Under the pieces are notes generated by a model. The model was not told the origin of the DNA and did not search any database. It saw only the letters and a program-made list of their open reading frames with translations. Of a stretch of DNA of 64,000 nucleotides, positions 39,071 to 52,560 are shown one piece after another. The stretch's first letter is position 1. Each line of letters begins with the position of its first letter. The position numbers and the translations under genes were made by a program. Where the stretch lies: NCBI RefSeq assembly GCF_001194135.2, contig NC_068992.1, forward strand, positions 50,464,452-50,528,451, read 5' to 3'. Source of the stretch: Octopus bimaculoides. Taxonomy: Eukaryota.

Positions 39071-40893
39071 TTCCTTTAAAAGTCTTCTCTTTTGGCAGTA
39101 AACTCTCTTATGTAGCTGAACATTTTAAATTTCAGTTTGATGTATTCCTCAGAGAAACGAAAACCTACAACATATCATTTGGTGGCACACTGCTTGACAT
39201 TGTGCTAATTGTATATTTTAAGTGTCTCAATCATTTCTACAAGGCTTGCACTCTTTCACATCAAGTCCTTGTTTGAGAACCTTCAATTCTATTTTCTGTA
39301 TTTTATCTATATTTCTTTCACGTTTTATCTATTTTCATTAGAGATGCATATCTGATATATTCTGGCTGTTCTTCATGCATTTCCTAAAGCTCAGAAATGC
39401 ATCTAACTGAGATAGGCGGAGACATATATCATTTAATCGTATAATCTTGCTTCTATCCACTATGTTTTCCCATGAGGATTAGATTGTTCAACGTCTTTTA
39501 ACATTTCCAATGCTTAGTAAGAATTCTTCAAACAAATTTGGCTCCAGATCTATGGTTTTGATTGTCTGTATGGCTATCCTGTTGTACTAGGTATTTCATC
39601 AAACTCAACAATTTACTTTAGTGTATCTCTTTGTGCTCTCAGCTGTTTCTTTCTTTCGTTCTCTCTTTATCAAAGCAACAGTAATTCGCTCTGTGGGTAA
39701 AAAATGTGCGTCATCTAACATTGAAAGTTTTACACTGTAATCTTGCAAGTATTACAATATCTTCAAAATAAACAACTTTTTCATAGTAACTCGTGTAATT
39801 ACTGTTAAAAAAACAACGACAAAAATGAAAGACGCATCTACGCGGTTAATCAGCTTACGATCAATAAGAGCTAAATACCTTTAAAATAAAACCTACGTCA
39901 TAAAAAAAAAAACAAGATTACATAGGACAACATAGGCCTATGTGCCTGAATAATATATGGCCCATATATTTGTGTAACATGCATCTGAAAAGTAAGGAGT
40001 GATCACAACTGTGACACCACTGGCATGCTTGACTAAGCTTATTTATAGTTGATCAGAAGTGTATGGAGAGAATTAAAAGATGTTATTGTATGACACAGAG
40101 TAGGCACAAAATGAACAATAAATTTCTTATAAGGAGACAGAATAAATAATAAACATTACAGTCGCTGGCACGAAGCCATGAAATTTTAGGGGAGGGTACA
40201 GTTGATTCAATGAAACATAATATCGTATTTGAGCTTTACCCTATGAAGTAGAAAGCGATAAACTACAAATTAAAAGCTAATTAAACCGAGGATAAAGGTT
40301 TAGATAAGGACACATATACGAGAAAAATATCAAAACAATTAAAGATCTGATCAATAACGTGAAAGAAAATATTCAAAAGATAATAATGAAAAGATGGACA
40401 GAAATAAACGAAACAAAACTTTATAGTCGGAAAACCACAAGAAACTTCAAAGGAGAGGGAGCAAATAAGAAAGATAGATATGATTGAAACTTTAGACTAA
40501 GGGCAAAATAAAATGTCAGCTCTACAGTATCTGGACTAATAAATAGTCTCCTAAAATACTAAAATATAATGATGAATAAAACAATAAATAAATGAACGTA
40601 AATTGTAGACAGCATAATCAGTAGAAATAACTGTCGTAAATTTTAAATCTCATTTGATTTCTTATACCTAGACTCACCTATAAACAACACTGAGTCGGAT
40701 CTAAAGCTTAAATTGGATTTTGTACTTACATATATACATATCTACAGTATCATCCCCACACAGGATACAATCATGGTTATTTTGCTTGCGTTATTGTAAC
40801 TAGCCATTTCTGGCATCCTACGTGTTTATACGCCTAGATTCTAATGGATCCAACAACTACTCTCTCTCAATCACTCTCTCCCTTTTTCTTCCC

Positions 40894-40975
<82 letters not shown>

Positions 40976-41841
40976 NNNNNNNNNNNNNNNNNNNNNNNNN
41001 NNNNNNNNNNNNNNNNNNNNNNNNNNNNNNNNNNNNNNNNNNNNNNNNNNNNNNNNNNNNNNNNNNNNNNNNNNNNNNNNNNNNNNNNNNNNNNNNNNNN
41101 NNNNNNNNNNNNNNNNNNNNNNNNNNNNNNNNNNNNNNNNNNNNNNNNNNNNNNNNNNNNNNNNNNNNNNNNNNNNNNNNNNNNNNNNNNNNNNNNNNNN
41201 NNNNNNNNNNNNNNNNNNNNNNNNNNNNNNNNNNNNNNNNNNNNNNNNNNNNNNNNNNNNNNNNNNNNNNNNNNNNNNNNNNNNNNNNNNNNNNNNNNNN
41301 NNNNNNNNNNNNNNNNNNNNNNNNNNNNNNNNNNNNNNNNNNNNNNNNNNNNNNNNNNNNNNNNNNNNNNNNNNNNNNNNNNNNNNNNNNNNNNNNNNNN
41401 NNNNNNNNNNNNNNNNNNNNNNNNNNNNNNNNNNNNNNNNNNNNNNNNNNNNNNNNNNNNNNNNNNNNNNNNNNNNNNNNNNNNNNNNNNNNNNNNNNNN
41501 NNNNNNNNNNNNNNNNNNNNNNNNNNNNNNNNNNNNNNNNNNNNNNNNNNNNNNNNNNNNNNNATATATATATATATATATATAAGTTGATAGCTCATGC
41601 TTGTATGCATACATATTGTAAAAGGTAATTTCCTATACAGAGACAGACAGCTTAAAGCTTTTGACAGAGCGGAAATGAGATTTTGTAAGTATCAGTAAAA
41701 TACCTCCTACACTTGGAAATCGAAGCTTAGCCACAGACTTGGCATCCGAAGTTCTCATGCTAAATGTACAGTGTTCTCGACAGTTGATTCATATAATTAA
41801 GCTTATTGCACACTTTAATTGAAAAAAGGATAATTAAAATA

Positions 41842-42877
41842 CACTGTAGCATTCAAATAGCGCGGAGTTCAGCGTGTGAATGTTTCGATCGACTGTCATA
41901 TGAATAAAATAGTAAGAGTGGCTGATGTCATGCGCACAGCTAATCACGAGTTATAAGATTCTTATCAAAAATGAATAACGTTTGAGAGTACTGGAGAATA
42001 GCTTTTATCACGGAAAAACCAAGAAATATTCAGAGACAATTCCTTGTGAAGCAGTAATGTTTACAATTTGGAAGTGTTTTTACTAATACATTTTTATTAA
42101 ATCATGACAACAACTGACTTGGTATTCAATTATATTTTTCATCAAATAATTTTTGTTTCTAAATTAGATTGATAATAAATTAAATAGTATGTAATTAAAT
42201 ATAGTTAGTATCTGAAATAAAATAAAATAATATGATTCACAAATGAGGCATATGACCATAATGTTTAGTGGAGTGCACTAAACGGAGAGTGCATTCTACT
42301 TGAGTTATTGAAATAGTTATCTGATACTCTGCTCTATCATCCCTGGCAGAATGCGTGGACAATTTAACATCCATGGGATGGGAATTGAACATAGAAAGTA
42401 ATTTCACTCAAAACCAAGGGGAACTTGGTTCATATTTTACTGAATCTACCGTTCATTGCCATTCAAACAAGGGACTGTCAATGCTGAAATCTACAAGCAG
42501 ATTTTTACACGACATAGCCTTCCACATCTCCGATACTCGTCAGTTCAACCACCTATATTCGTACAGAACAACGCTGCCTGTCACACTGCGGAGGGAGATT
42601 TTTTGAGTGACGAAGGTGTTGATATCATGGACTGGCCACCTCAAAGTCCCGATCTCAACACTATAGAAAACGTTAGGAAGTTTACTAGAAATGGAGCGCG
42701 AAGGAGAAATTCAAAGAACCAAGATGAACTCTGGGAATTATTGAAAAACGTTTTGAAAAAAAGTAATTCAGTCCTGTGGTAACAGATATCAAGTGATTAG
42801 GAATGTTTCTTTGTCGTTCTTCTTCCCTTTTTCAAATGCTTTTTTTAAGTGACCCTGAACTTTTGACCGTTGCAGTT
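41842..42877 (+). mobile_element. Tc1-family transposon relic with DDE C-terminal half
   Basis: GTVNAEIYKQI...PIFVQNNAACHTA...FLSDEGVDIMDWPPQSPDLNTIENV...NQDELWELLK at 42456-42782. Right TIR-like ctgaacttttgaccgttgcagt; weak left TIR TA|cactgtagcattcaaa at 41842 (left boundary uncertain). Confidence 0.85.
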
Positions 42878-42921
42878 TGGAAGATTATTTGTTTATTTCC
42901 TCATAACTTACGAAACATTTT

Positions 42922-42997
42922 TTCCATTCACTTGGAATGTTTCCATTCACTTGAAATGTTTCCATTCACTTGAAATTTTTCCATTCACTTGAAATAG
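42922..42997. repeat. 19-bp tandem repeat x4 (ttccattcacttgaaatgt)
   Basis: Units start at 42922, 42941, 42960 and 42979. Confidence 0.95.
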
Positions 42998-45159
42998 CCC
43001 CAGCCATAAATGTAACCGAAATCAGTGAAAATGCTTTGTATTAAAATACAAGTATTTTTACAATATAATAATATTATTTTCCAGTGAAATAAAGTACCGT
43101 AAAGGTAGAATTATAAATAGAATTATCAATAGGAAATAGTTGCACAATAAAGGTATATATGTATATTTGTGTGTGTATACCTGTATGCATGTTGGAATGC
43201 ATTTGCAATACATATGTACATGTGCATTCGCACATATGCATACATAGATACACATACACATATATACAACGAGTCCCAAGCTGAAACATCCACTATATTC
43301 AATTCACAAATCATCGGTCGTCATGTGATTAAGTCTGTGTTACTGACCGATGAGATCAAGATGAAGACTCAAAAACCTGTGATTGCAAAACTAATGTCTT
43401 AACAACACAACTACAAAAGTACTCGAAATATTTATATAATGACTTCAATGATTCCCAGTAACTGTCAGCATCTCTCACACATAGTAATTGAGATTGAAAT
43501 GGTTTCAGAGTCATAATTTAGTATAAGGAATGACAGCTATAGCAAACCAAGAAATTACACACAAAGAATACGCTGAGTTTATAAACAAATATCAATTTGC
43601 ATTCTCAGTTATAATCGGAAGCAAGTAGAGAATTCAAGTGGCGAATTACCATTTACAATATTCCTCGATCATCTCCCGTTCTTGTTTCTAATATTTTTGC
43701 TGGTGTCATTTTTGTTGCTCGGCCTCAGGATCATACTTATTGAGCAAACTTACGATCAATAGTAATCTATTCAGAAGGATATGATATTTTGCCCCAGCAT
43801 GGCACAGTATAATGACTGAAACATGTAAAAGATAAAAGATAAAAGATATGTTCTCCAATGTTTCTTTCCTTCTCTTAAGAGAGTCAATAATATATGGAGT
43901 AAAATATTTGGCCGCAATTTTAGTGTATTTTAGTACTGCAAAATGATATGTCCGGTGTTGTCAGTTCTCCGAGGAATGTATCGAACTGAAAATTGAAACA
44001 AATGAGAAATATAAAGCAGAAAATACAGGAAAGATATGAGAGCTGCAATGATGAGAGACGGAGAAGGCGAAGGAGAGATGCTGCAATGCAATTGAGAAAG
44101 TGGGAAATTGAGATGAGAAGGAGACAAAAGGTGAAGATAAATCTAAAAATCATATCAGAGATTACATTATACAAATATTTTCAGTTGTTGTCAATGAGTG
44201 CAGTGCGAGTTGAAGGAAGTTAGCTGTGATATCTTGCCGGACTAGTGACTAGGCAGACACTTCACCGGTGGATAATTTTAGTGTTTCATATTTTGCTTCA
44301 TACAAGACTTTTTGGTACAATGTCAAAACAAGAAGTTATAACAAACCATATACAACGATACTAAATAAAATGTTTATTAGGTTTTCTACGTTTTTCGCGA
44401 ACACACACATATACATACTTGCACACAAATATTCATACATACACACACACACATACATGCATACACACACATACATATATACATATATACACACATGTAT
44501 TTACAAATGCCTACACATACTTATACATACACATCTATGTATGTATGTACGTACGTATCTATCTGTCTGTCCTCTCTGTCTGTTTAACTAGCTAGCTAGC
44601 TAGCTAGCTTTTTATCTGTCCATCTTTCCTCTATAAATATATGTATGCATATCCATAGATACTACACAAATACACATACATACGCATGCGAATATACATA
44701 CAAAAACAGTGAGATTGAGAGTGAGAGTAAGATCTAGAAACAGTTACATGTGTGTGTTCGCTTTTCAATGGTAAAAGAAATTAACGAAAATTAACGATAT
44801 AGAGTTTATAAAGCAACAAAAAATAAGAATGTCATAAAATATTTAAATATAATCAAATATAAGGAAATATACGCATGTTGTATATGTTTCTGAATATCTT
44901 TCTTAAGAAAGACCTTTGTATATCTCTATTTGGAAAAATATGCCTTCTGGCTACACATTTTGTTAAAAGTCAAAACGCCAAGACTGGTGTAGTTTTTGCG
45001 ATTTGAAATTTCTCGTATATTTTATGAAAGGCATTCTACGAAGCATGTTCCTGTTGTTCCCAAAAGACTACTGTGACTGATAAATACCTTTGGCTAGATT
45101 TCTATTTTTTGTATTAAATCAAAGAGAACTGAATCACCAATAGCCTTTCCTCTTGAAGA

Positions 45160-45200
<41 letters not shown>

Positions 45201-45405
45201 TATATATATACATACATATATATATATGTATACATATATATAAGTATATGTATACATACATACATACATATATATACATATATATATACATATATTATAT
45301 ATANNNNNNNNNNNNNNNNNNNNNNNNNNNNNNNNNNNNNNNNNNNNNNNNNNNNNNNNNNNNNNNNNNNNNNNNNNNNNNNNNNNNNNNNNNNNNNNNN
45401 NNNNN

Positions 45406-45455
<50 letters not shown>

Positions 45456-46405
45456 CACACACACACATATATAGAGATACATATATAATTATAATTATAT
45501 ACATACATATAGATACCTATTTATATGAGTACGTGTTTTTATATATGAATATATATCTACATATAATTGTATTATGTATATATAGAGGGAAATTTAAACT
45601 AGTGCACTTTGAAAAATTTAATGCGCTCAAATAACCACATTTTTGTTTGTTTCAGGACTACTCACAGTATCCAATAATATCAGAAACTTAAGAGAAATTG
45701 TTTACAATCTTGGCTTGAGTGCTTACATCAATAATAAAGTAGATATGTCTCACCGATCAGATCCTGGGCCCCTGGATCCTCAGGACTTTCCTCTCCAGTG
45801 GGCACGATGTCATCATTCTCCTTTTCTGTTCCTTTGTACTACCACATCCAGAATAATATTGGCCACTGAGGTCTCAAATAAAATATCAATGAACAATAAA
45901 AATTTATAAAATAAGATAATGTATAAAAGTAAGTACTCGTACATCGACTACGCGTGTTTCATGGCTGAATTAAGAAAACCACATCTAAGTTCATTAGAAC
46001 GGAAAAATGATTTTAATCCCAAAATCAGTCACTCCTCAGGTCAAATTCCTAAAAAAACCCTAAAACCTAAAAGTTTAACTTACCTCCTAATATGATAAGC
46101 AAGGCAAGAATGTTTCTCTATATTTTTAGATATTTCATCTTGTGCACGGTTCATTAATAATGAATAATTATCAATTATATTTGGAACATAATATCCTTGC
46201 ACTGTCAAATCTTCAGAGTTTGAAGAATTCTAATTATCAATATTTAGTGTTCATACTTGATTGATTAGAATAACGTGGTATCGATTATAGTAACAACTGT
46301 ATTAAATTAGGTTAAGGAATTACCTTGTATAGTTACTGGCAAGAAGAATATTATAACAAAAATCTCAAAAGAATATTTATGTTTACACTGTCCTGCTGTC
46401 TGCAG

Positions 46406-46463
46406 GAGATTCTCCCGTTTACATATCTCTCATATAGCTAATAATCAGAACTACATTGACAAA
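46406..46463 (+). other. Candidate 58-nt exon (RFSRLHISHIANNQNYIDK)
   Basis: Acceptor tcctgctgtctgcag|, donor aaa|gtaagc, one open frame. No homology recognised. Confidence 0.2.
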
Positions 46464-47943
46464 GTAAGCACTTATTTACATTATTTATATTATTTTAAAG
46501 TATGCACATATTTTTTTATTAAAAAATATTCAAAAGTTACTCTTTTAATGACATATAATAAATAAGTTGACGGCAAAATATCACAAATAAAACATATTTG
46601 AATCAATATAAAAAATTAAATTATCAATAATTTTATCGTAATGATTATCATTATATACATTTTTATATTTATTTCTTGCCAGAAAGGATTATTAATCAAA
46701 ATATTCATTCTGTGACCAAAATAAACAAACTTTGATTATTATTGCCATCAGCCAAACTAGAAGGTAGACGATCCTTCAGCTGAAAGCCAACAGAAGTGTT
46801 ATACTGCTATTTCTATAGTATAATTTTTGAAAGAAACAAAATGCCAATATCAGGATATAAAATAAAAACAACATTTTTTTCTATTATTTAGACATTTTTA
46901 CCGGCAGCTGAAAAGGGAGATGATGAGATTTTATAATTTTAAATGAATGAGAAACGAAATGAAAATAGCGAGTCAAAAACAATTACAGAAAGCAATTGGG
47001 CAAAACTCTGATTTAAATATTAACAACTGTAATTTAATGGGATTCTATTCATTGATTTCTTTTTTTAAAGTATTTGAATACATTGCTTTTATTTTCTGCA
47101 TTTTTTATTTTGTTATATTTTTGTTTTCCTTCTGACGAAATAGGGAAGGGCTTCTCACTTCACACTTAGTTTCATTATATTTTAGCTTAAATATCACCAT
47201 CTTCTTTGCTGAAGTATCTTCTACCTTCTAGGTTTACGGATAAAACTCCTTAAATGTATAAATGCATGATGAGCTATCGATAGATTTTTCCCTCTCTTAT
47301 TGTTTCAAAATTCACCACCAATTTCCTTTTATATTATATCATCATAATAAACAGAAGCTTAAAGAATGTCATTTTATGAATGCATTCGTACTTCTATTCT
47401 TAAAATTCCAGCAATAAAGAAAAATGCAATAAATTTCCTTTGTGAAATTCTTAGACAACAATAATAGTTTTGGTTGATTTTGTTTTTTTGTTTATTCTTT
47501 AGCCCCAGATAGGTCTTGATCAAACCTCGATTTGTCTTACATTTTTCTATCGGTTCAAGCACCGATATATAGACACCATCATTGGCTTTACATCAACAGT
47601 GTTTTCAAATGCTGAAAATAAAAAATAAAATGTCTTGGATATTAAGATGTGACTGAGGCAGAAAGAAATTCTTGCCATCAATACTGTCGCTGAAGGAGTG
47701 AGTGCTTGCCACTTACATTAAAGTCTGGTGAAATAACTTGCGGGCAGTCTACATTTGTTCATGGCAAGTAATTCGACTTTTTCAGTTCATGTATATTTCG
47801 AAGTATCTGATGTAATCTTGTGCAGAAAAGATGAGATAGAAAGAACGACATCAACCATTGATCCAAATATTTCGACTTTGCACGCAGTTTTTATGCGTTC
47901 AACTAAATTCGAAAACTATATCGGCAGAAAATATTGTGATCAC

Positions 47944-48019
<76 letters not shown>

Positions 48020-48043
48020 GTATATATATNNNNNNNNNNATTT

Positions 48044-48110
48044 GACGTTTCGAGCTACGCTCTTCAACAGAAAGAATACGGAGACAAGGAGAAAAACACG
48101 GAGAAAAAAA
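48044..48110 (-). mobile_element. PLE-type terminus: pyrimidine-rich tail plus hammerhead-like motif
   Basis: Minus strand: CT-rich tract, then TTGAA-GAGC-GTA-GCTC-GAAAC-GTC. The order matches 50180-50454, but the core is non-canonical. Confidence 0.45.
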
Positions 48111-49444
48111 ATTGTATATATATATATATATATACACACATTATGCATACACACCACACACACAAACATATTAACGAAAGATGCGAATGTATCTTTGTTA
48201 AACATAGTTTTTCACCAAGATTCGCCTACTCATTATGGGTTGATGCATAACGCCAGCTCATCTCGAAATATAATGTAAACGATGTCAGAACAAACTTCCT
48301 TTTTTGTATATTGCAATGCATTTTGTACCATATTAGATTTTCAATTTTTAATCCATTAAATATCCTGGTGAATATCTCTTAGCAGAAGACCGACCTACAC
48401 GTAATGACTACATTCTTTTGGACATCCTAATATGCCTAATATTTTATTCGCTGCATGAGCACCAAAATCGCAGTTCAGATGTACCCATTAATTTCTCCAA
48501 AACGCAATTCATTGGCTGTTTTTCAAAGTTGAAATCATATAATTTTCTTCTGTAATTTTACATAACTTCCAATAAACTCACTTTCTTTATGTATGATTTT
48601 CAGTTCAAAACCTTTTCCAGATTTCATCACGTGCTTTCGTTCTTAACTTTACTAAAATTTTAATATTCTCATGGAAACGAAAGCCCTTTTTATTCCCCAA
48701 TATTACTGTTTCACATGTAGCAAATTGCTTTCCATAACAACTTAACAACCGGTACTTAGGCTCGCATCTTATTAATTTCAAACCAACACACCCTTATATT
48801 TTATTAATTTGTTACAACGTATTATGAAATTTGCACGTTTTAGCTTCCTGCTTTTATGTGGCTTACTGAGTATTTCCCCGAAAATCAATATACACAACTC
48901 TATTTTATTTGTTGAATAGTATGTTGCCTTTCTAAACTTCAGTTTTTACATAAACGCATTTCTGAAACCTTATACAAGTGTATAATTAGCATATATATAT
49001 TATATATATCGGTACCTGAAGGCATTGAGCTGGCAGAAANNNNNNNNNNNNNNNNNNNNNNNNNNNNNNNNNNNNNNNNNNNNNNNNNNNNNNNNNNNNN
49101 NNNNNNNNNNNNNNNNNNNNNNNNNNNNNNNNNNNNNNNNNNNNNNNNNNNNNNNNNNNNNNNNNNNNNNNNNNNNNNNNNNNNNNNNNNNNNNNNNNNN
49201 NNNNNNNNNNNNNNNNNNNNNNNNNNNNNNNNNNNNNNNNNNNNNNNNNNNNNNNNNNNNNNNNNNNNNNNNNNNNNNNNNNNNNNNNNNNNNNNNNNNN
49301 NNNNNNNNNNNNNNNNNNNNNNNNNAGCGTACCCTTAATGTGATTGTCATACAGAACCAACGCGTCATAAGGTGTGTGAATCCGTTAACTCATTTTTTCT
49401 CAGAAGATAATCTACAGAAAACATAATTTGTTCAAGATGCCACG

Positions 49445-49502
49445 TCTTAGGATCGATCCCGGTATCACGGCTCGACTGCCTTCTGACAACTTATCTACTG
49501 CG
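49445..49502 (-). mobile_element. tRNA-derived SINE head fragment
   Basis: Minus strand gcagtagataag (A-box-like) ... ccgggatcgatcct (B-box-like). Confidence 0.4.
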
Positions 49503-49829
49503 AAAATATGTATAAAACTGTATAATACTCAAGTATATCGCATGTGCCTTCACATACGTATTTATTAAATACACTGCTGTATTGTTCCATTTAGACAGAT
49601 TTTCCACTAAATATATTTTATAATGAATTAACTATTTCAAATGTGTTACTTTAATTGCAATGAATTCCGATAGAATCAATTTTTATTTAAAATCGTTTGT
49701 GCTAACATACATCGCTTATATAAACCAAAGCACAGAATTTTACCTATGTACTTATGTGATGTTAATCTATGTTGTTAATTTGATCTTCGATATTTATTTC
49801 CTGCATAGTTTGTGCCTAGTTGTGTGGGG

Positions 49830-50454
49830 CGCAGGCACTTTAAAATACGTTCGATAGCACGGCAATACTTGTCCCTACATCAACAGCACTACAGCTATCA
49901 CTGCCTGGAAGTTACAATTTCCAAACTATATATTGGAACATTCAAATTAGCAATGCATTTAAATTGGGGAAAAAGAATTGGAGATCGCTTTAGCAAGGAT
50001 ATTCGAAGCATAATACTACATATCGCCACCCACTTCAACACTAGGGATCATTGCATCACTTCCTAACAAAGGTTCGGCATTTCTGCTCATGGTAGTACTA
50101 CATACTGAAGAAAATGGATGATTAAACGTTTAATTTTAGAGCTAATTAGCATGTAAGCGATATGCTTATGCGAACAAGTTTTCCTTCTAGTCACACATCT
50201 CTTAGTTCAGCTATCACTATCGTATCCTTCAATTTCTCTCTCACTCCATCTTTTCTTTTCGCTTCATTCTCGCCTTTTCCCCTTCTCATTTCATTTCTCT
50301 TTTCAGATATCTTTCTCACCTAGTTTCTGTCTCCTGCTACTATCCTCCCACATATGGTTCTCCCGTAATAGTTGCAGTTAGAGCTCAAAACTCTACTGTC
50401 ACTTTTTTAGTTTTACTCTTTCCTTGAAGAAGGACTGTGTCCGAAACGTTGGAG
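49830..50454 (+). mobile_element. Penelope-like element 3' end: GIY-YIG endonuclease relic, pyrimidine-rich 3' region, hammerhead motif
   Basis: Reads GT..VR*HGNTCPYINSTTAIT, IGE/KRIGDRFSKDIRSI..IATHFNTRDH and GISAHGSTTY*RKWMIKRLILEL, in the order expected for the PLE GIY-YIG domain. Confidence 0.8.
50420..50454 (+). ncRNA. Minimal hammerhead ribozyme of the PLE terminus
   Basis: TTCC-TTGAAGA-A-GGAC-TGT-GTCC-GAAA-CGTT-GGAG: perfect 4-bp stem II, helix I TTCC/GGAG, palindromic AACGTT helix III. C3 is U and the triplet is GUU. Confidence 0.7.
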
Positions 50455-50569
50455 TTTTTCACTCACCAGACTAAGTTCACTGTATTTTGTTCTATCGATC
50501 TTAGTGAATAATTAATAAAAGTCTTGCCGATGCAGACCGACACCAGTCTTATTAGATTCTCCTTCATCT

Positions 50570-50610
<41 letters not shown>

Positions 50611-51569
50611 ATGTATCTGTGCTTCTCAGTCATGTCGAAAATCTACATTTGGTGGAAGATCGAAGTCACTGTCACAATTTAAAAAAACTATCTGCGTGAG
50701 TGCTGTTGGTGGTGTGTGTATTTCTTTGCATGCGTGCTCTTTGTGGCGTACATATTTATTTAATTGTGCCTATGTATGTACATATGTATGTATTTATGTA
50801 TGTATGTATGTACGTATGTATGCATGTATGTATGTAAGTGTGCAAAGATGATGACGTGATGTTGTAATTTAAATTTCTTTGAAAAATCACATGAAAGATA
50901 TAATTTAATACATCAAAATTAGGCATAAAATGTCAGACGAAGATATTGAACTCGTAGGCCGGTGAATTGCACTTTATCATTAATTATAGAATATCGTTGT
51001 ATCATTTTCAGTTACTTCTATTGATTCATGAAACACTGTTGATGTTGTTATTGTTGCCGAGATGCTTTCAACAGTGAAACTAATTAGAATTTTGTTATTA
51101 ATTATCTACTTATAAACTTTCATAGTGGAAAATTTACATAGAGATAAAATGGATGGATTCTGAAAATAAAGAAGAGAGAGAGAGAGAGGGGGGAGGAAGA
51201 AAGAGAAACAAAAGTGGTGAGGTACAGAGAAAGAGAGATCTTCTGTACACACTTATATATTCATCAATACATATGTATATATATATATATTATACACACA
51301 CCCTCACATTATGTAGAAAAATAAACACACTCAGCTTTCCGTCGGTTTCGACGATGGGCATATGACGTGTATGAGTGGCTGAGTATTTCTCTGATAACAG
51401 TACTCCTTATATAATCTTTACGCAGAACCAGCATGAAAAAAAAAAGCTTCAGCACGTCTGTACATTCAGCTGCAGGCGCAATAATGCATTTAACGATCTT
51501 CTACAATTTCTGTCAACTTTGTTAACTATCAAGGCCCCAGTTGACTCATCTCCTGTCTACTGAGTTTTA

Positions 51570-52560
51570 GAAAGGATGTTAGAAGGTCTCTGAGGATTGT
51601 ACGAAGGTTGACGAGTGTGATAAATATCCAACATGAAGTTTTACATCAACCTCAATAAATCTGTAAGTGGAATCCCGAATGCTTCTTAAGAATTTTGTTG
51701 AAACTTTGTTAGGTGTGAAACAGATTTATCAGGGGCACGCATATTTCAAGGCCGATCTAGTGTCTATTCAAGATGATGAGACTCAGAGGTAATAGTCACA
51801 AGTAAAAACCCGGAACATATGGAAAATTCGTGTTCATCCATGAAGATCATTTTGTGATTGAGATCAGTTATGGGATCAACCAGACTATCCTCAAAGATGA
51901 CTTGAACAAGGTGGCGTTCATGCAAAATTTGATTACAGCTCAGAAATATGAGCAAGAGCAGCAGCGATTTGAACTTTGCACCATTTGCTCTATCATAAAA
52001 CTCAGAGCATTTGTTTTCATGTTGTCGCTTAATTATTGAAAAAATGGTAATGCAATAATATCAATAACTTCGATTGCCACACATAACCCACGAAACTAAA
52101 TAAAGAAGTACCGATTGGAAACAATATTTCTTACATTGAGACGGAAAGCTATAGGTGGAATTGTTCTTAGATATCACTATGTTACTGGTACCTTTTGATG
52201 CATTAACCTTCAGAAAGCAAAAAGTTGCAAAACAATCACAAATTGAATGTTCTTGATATTTTAACTAAGGATGGTAAAAAGATTTAAATTAATATGACAA
52301 GGAATTGAATTTAGTCTTCTAGTATTTTCTGCCAGAGATTATGCGAGTGAGAGTATTCTTCCACCCGTATAGAACCAATATACATCCACCCATCAATAAC
52401 TTCCACCATTTGCTGCTCATCATTGAAACACAAATGATGGAGGAATACCATGATATGATGTAGTTTCATGAGAGAGAAGATTAGGAAAGAGATTGGAATC
52501 GATTTTTCAGCGCTGGGAAATCCATAAAACAAACTATGGCCATGAACATATCCTGTTTAA
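51570..52560 (+). pseudogene. Unidentified decayed coding relic (two blocks)
   Basis: Protein-like frames broken by stops and frameshifts: MLLKNFVETLLGVKQIYQGHAYFKADLVSIQDDETQR, GTYGKFVFIHEDHFVIEISYGINQTILKDDLNKVAFMQNLITAQKYEQEQQRFELC, RVRVFFHPYRTNIHPPINNFHHLLLIIETQMMEEY and FMREKIRKEIGIDFSALGNP. Family not recognised. Confidence 0.35.

Noticed and set aside
39180-39700. Possible hAT or Helitron coding relic (LFEEFLLSIGN) on the minus strand
   Set aside because: The motif is compatible with two unrelated families and has many stops, so it cannot be assigned without a search.
43311-43353. 9-bp inverted repeat TCATCGGTC/GACCGATGA as a pre-miRNA
   Set aside because: The stem is too short and the interior does not pair.
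45656-45909. ORF after a good acceptor; minus-strand LERKVLRIQGP (RTE-like) and a possible exon
   Set aside because: Three mutually exclusive readings, none supported by a second motif.
49912-49940. KLYIG in ORF 49812-50066 as the GIY-YIG YIG motif
   Set aside because: Frame analysis places the real motif at att ggg gaa (IGE, about 49963). This YIG is an off-frame coincidence; the PLE call stands on other motifs.
52311-52532. Minus-strand ORF with EVIDGWMYIGS resembling a dual-specificity phosphatase start
   Set aside because: No downstream HCxxGxxR motif or splice support, and the opposite strand looks at least as coding-like.
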